Shown one piece after another: positions 61,863-64,000 of a DNA stretch of 64,000 nucleotides. A program made the translations under genes and the position numbers. The notes beneath the pieces were generated by a model. That model was not told the DNA's origin. It was given only the letters and a program-made list of their open reading frames with translations, and did not search any database. Each line of letters opens with the position of its first letter. Position 1 is the stretch's first letter. Source of the DNA: Selaginella moellendorffii (lineage: Eukaryota > Plantae > Lycopodiophyta); NCBI RefSeq assembly GCF_000143415.4, contig NW_003314373.1, forward strand, positions 310,001 to 374,000. Reading direction: 5' to 3'.

Positions 61863-62488
61863 TGGATGATTGCCTCAGGCTTATTGATTCTTGCAATACA
61901 CTTTCTTTTGCTCGGCAGATTCGAGCTCGTCTTGACTGTGCCGGCACTGTGTTTATCTCCAACAAGCTCATTGAGATGTTTGGCAGGTGTGGTGGAGTGC
62001 AAGATGCCGAGAGTGTCCTCTATGCGATGGACAAGAGGGATCCCTTCTCGTGGGATGCAATGCTCCTGGCGTATACGAATAACTCTTGGCTGACCCAGGC
62101 AAGGGTTTTCTTTTTTGATCTAATGCCGGAACAGAGCCTCATTGCCTGGACTGCAATACTCGTGGCACATACCCACACAGGTCACCACTGGTTTTTGTCG
62201 ATGCAAGCTGACTTTAACGTCAAACCCAACCAGCGGCACTTTTGTTGTATGGTTGATCTTTTGGGACGTGCTAGCTATTTGGTTGATGCAGAGGATTTAA
62301 TTGCTAATATGCCCTTTGAGCCGGATATTTTAGAGTGGACGTGTTTTCTTGGAGCTTGCAAGAGTCACAGCCATGTTGCATTTGGAACTAATGCAGTAAA
62401 GAATGTGCTCGACCTTTGTCCTAGGGGTGAAGCTCCTCAAGCGTATCCTTTGCTTGCAAATTTAATTGGTCAAAATCTGGCTTTTTAG
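61863..62488 (+). CDS. Mini PPR-E ORF (most repeats deleted in frame); possibly a pseudogene
   Basis: NKLIEMFGRCG..DPFSWDAML..LIAWTAILVAHTHTGH is joined directly to HWFLSMQADF..RHFCCMVDLLGRAS plus the E domain. Confidence 0.65.
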
Positions 62489-62538
62489 TAACTCTTTTGC
62501 TTTAAAGAGATGTTATATGATAATTTATTTTAGACATG

Positions 62539-63368
62539 TCAATGAGAACATAACTTATCACTACCTAATGCCCACCAAACATTGTTAGGACGTTTTTCAG
62601 AGTATATAACTACATTACAATCATTTTGAATAGTAAAAAATAAAGTGCAACAAAGGAATTTACAAAATTGATTAATTTCCCATACTGTTTTCTCTATTAG
62701 ATTTAAAATAAGATTACCATTGTTTTGAAATTTCAACATACAATTATAACCATATTGTGTAGTACTTGATTCCCAAATTTTATTTCTTTCAAAGTACAAA
62801 ACAAGGTTGCAATGTGATTCAAGAATAAAAACAACTTTACCATTTGGAGAAATTAAAAAGTGATCTGTATAAAGTGTTGAAGGATTACTTATAGAATTGA
62901 CTTCTAAATAACAATTAGAATTATAATAATATTTTCTTTCTAATAGAGATATATTTTCTTTTTTAGATATATGTAAATCTGTAATTTGAACCATAATCTC
63001 AAGACTTCCATCATATAATATAACATAGCCAACTTTGTTTTCCTTTTTATAAAACAGTTACTGAAAATAAATTTTAGAGCTTGCTCAAAATCATGTTGTA
63101 TTTCTTCAAAGCTTACAATTTTTAAGCTTAATGTAAATGTAAAATTTATGTTATTTCAGGAAAATTTATATATTTTATTTTCTATATTATTTCTTAACAG
63201 TATATAGCTAATGTTTAAGAAGTTAGAGTAGTCTTGAGGTGAAGGCATATTATGATGAGTAGAATTAATAACACATTCTTGAATAGATCTATTAGATACA
63301 TATGCTTGACATTCATAAAAGCTTAGAATAATAATAAATAATATCAATATTGCCATTTTTATCTCCAT
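62539..63368 (-). pseudogene. Fusion of signal peptide + family-A domain + bulb-type (GNA/B-) lectin; one in-frame stop (63156-63158) and one frameshift (~63045)
   Basis: The N-part aligns to family A (QEC..PSPQDY; IQHDFEQALKFIFSNC; VGYVILYDGSLEIMVQI); the C-part has LISPNG..CNLVLY..IWES, FQNNGNLIL and IQNDCNVVIY. Confidence 0.8.
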
Positions 63369-64000
63369 AATATAAATATAATTGTATCATATATAAAAGT
63401 ATATCCATTTTAAAAGTAATATTTCACTTTTGGTTTAATGCACCAAACAAAATTTTATTGTCTCCAATATAATGATATGTATAATAGCACATATCCTAAG
63501 AATATAATCATCTGACTGATGTAGAGAAAAATGTTCACTCCCACTCTTCTGGGAAATTGTATGGATATAAACAGTGATTAAATAGTATATATATATATAT
63601 ATATAAAGAGAGAGAGGTTAATTTAAAGTGTTGCATATTATTTAGAAACTTTTAAGTTTTTTTTTTCTATACATTATCCTTAGTTTTTATCCTTTTATGC
63701 CAACATGCTGTACCATGCCATTGATCAAATTCCATGTTGCTTGAGACTGCCTTTTATTTTATTATCCTCACCTAAAACATTGCTCTTACTATCATATCAC
63801 TAGATATTAGATATGTCATGAGGTGTAATTTATTAGTGTTATTTTGTATATATGCTTAAGATGGATAAAATCTTGGAGCGTTGCTATATCCATCTTTTGT
63901 GGGATGTGATTATGAAATTTCTCTTACTTTTAAAATTGTATTACTATTTGAAATTAATATGAGTGTGATCAGTTATTTCTTAAATTCAAAGGATCAAGTT

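Noticed and set aside
63585-63616. (TA)n/(GA)n microsatellite
   Set aside because: Ordinary simple repeat
1-64000. tRNA, rRNA or CRISPR features
   Set aside because: None recognised by eye; tRNAscan-SE/Infernal would be needed to exclude small ncRNAs

Overview
Eukaryotic, gene-dense land-plant nuclear DNA with very short (about 50-65 bp) GT-AG introns and many intronless PLS-class PPR genes. This pattern points to a lycophyte such as Selaginella (inference). The first ~35 kb is a tightly packed run of genes: 4 intact PPR-E genes, mRNA capping enzyme, DUF493, DUF2062, DUF3082, CGF/NiCo-type transporter, DOMON-cytochrome b561, a CYP71-clan P450 and a TSC10-like SDR. It also holds a large microbial-type 2OG-Fe(II) oxygenase-like gene that seems to have lost its metal ligands, plus P450 and PPR pseudogenes. 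From ~34.5 to 55.5 kb lies an accessory region: a tandem segmental duplication carrying two AT-rich genes for small secreted proteins next to a degenerate ~10 kb Helitron. The Helitron encodes Rep/PIF1 helicase and an RPA-like OB fold, and carries captured WEE1, RPN11 and UBA2-like RRM fragments. The right end has a pseudouridine-synthase pseudogene, a GH127-family glycosidase, a mini-PPR and an AT-rich gene fusing a homologue of one of the small secreted proteins to a bulb-type (GNA) lectin. The best candidate for an undescribed system is this AT-rich set of secreted proteins: a modular, possibly microbe-derived defence arsenal in which one domain occurs both alone and lectin-fused. All family assignments come from motif recognition by eye; no searches were run.
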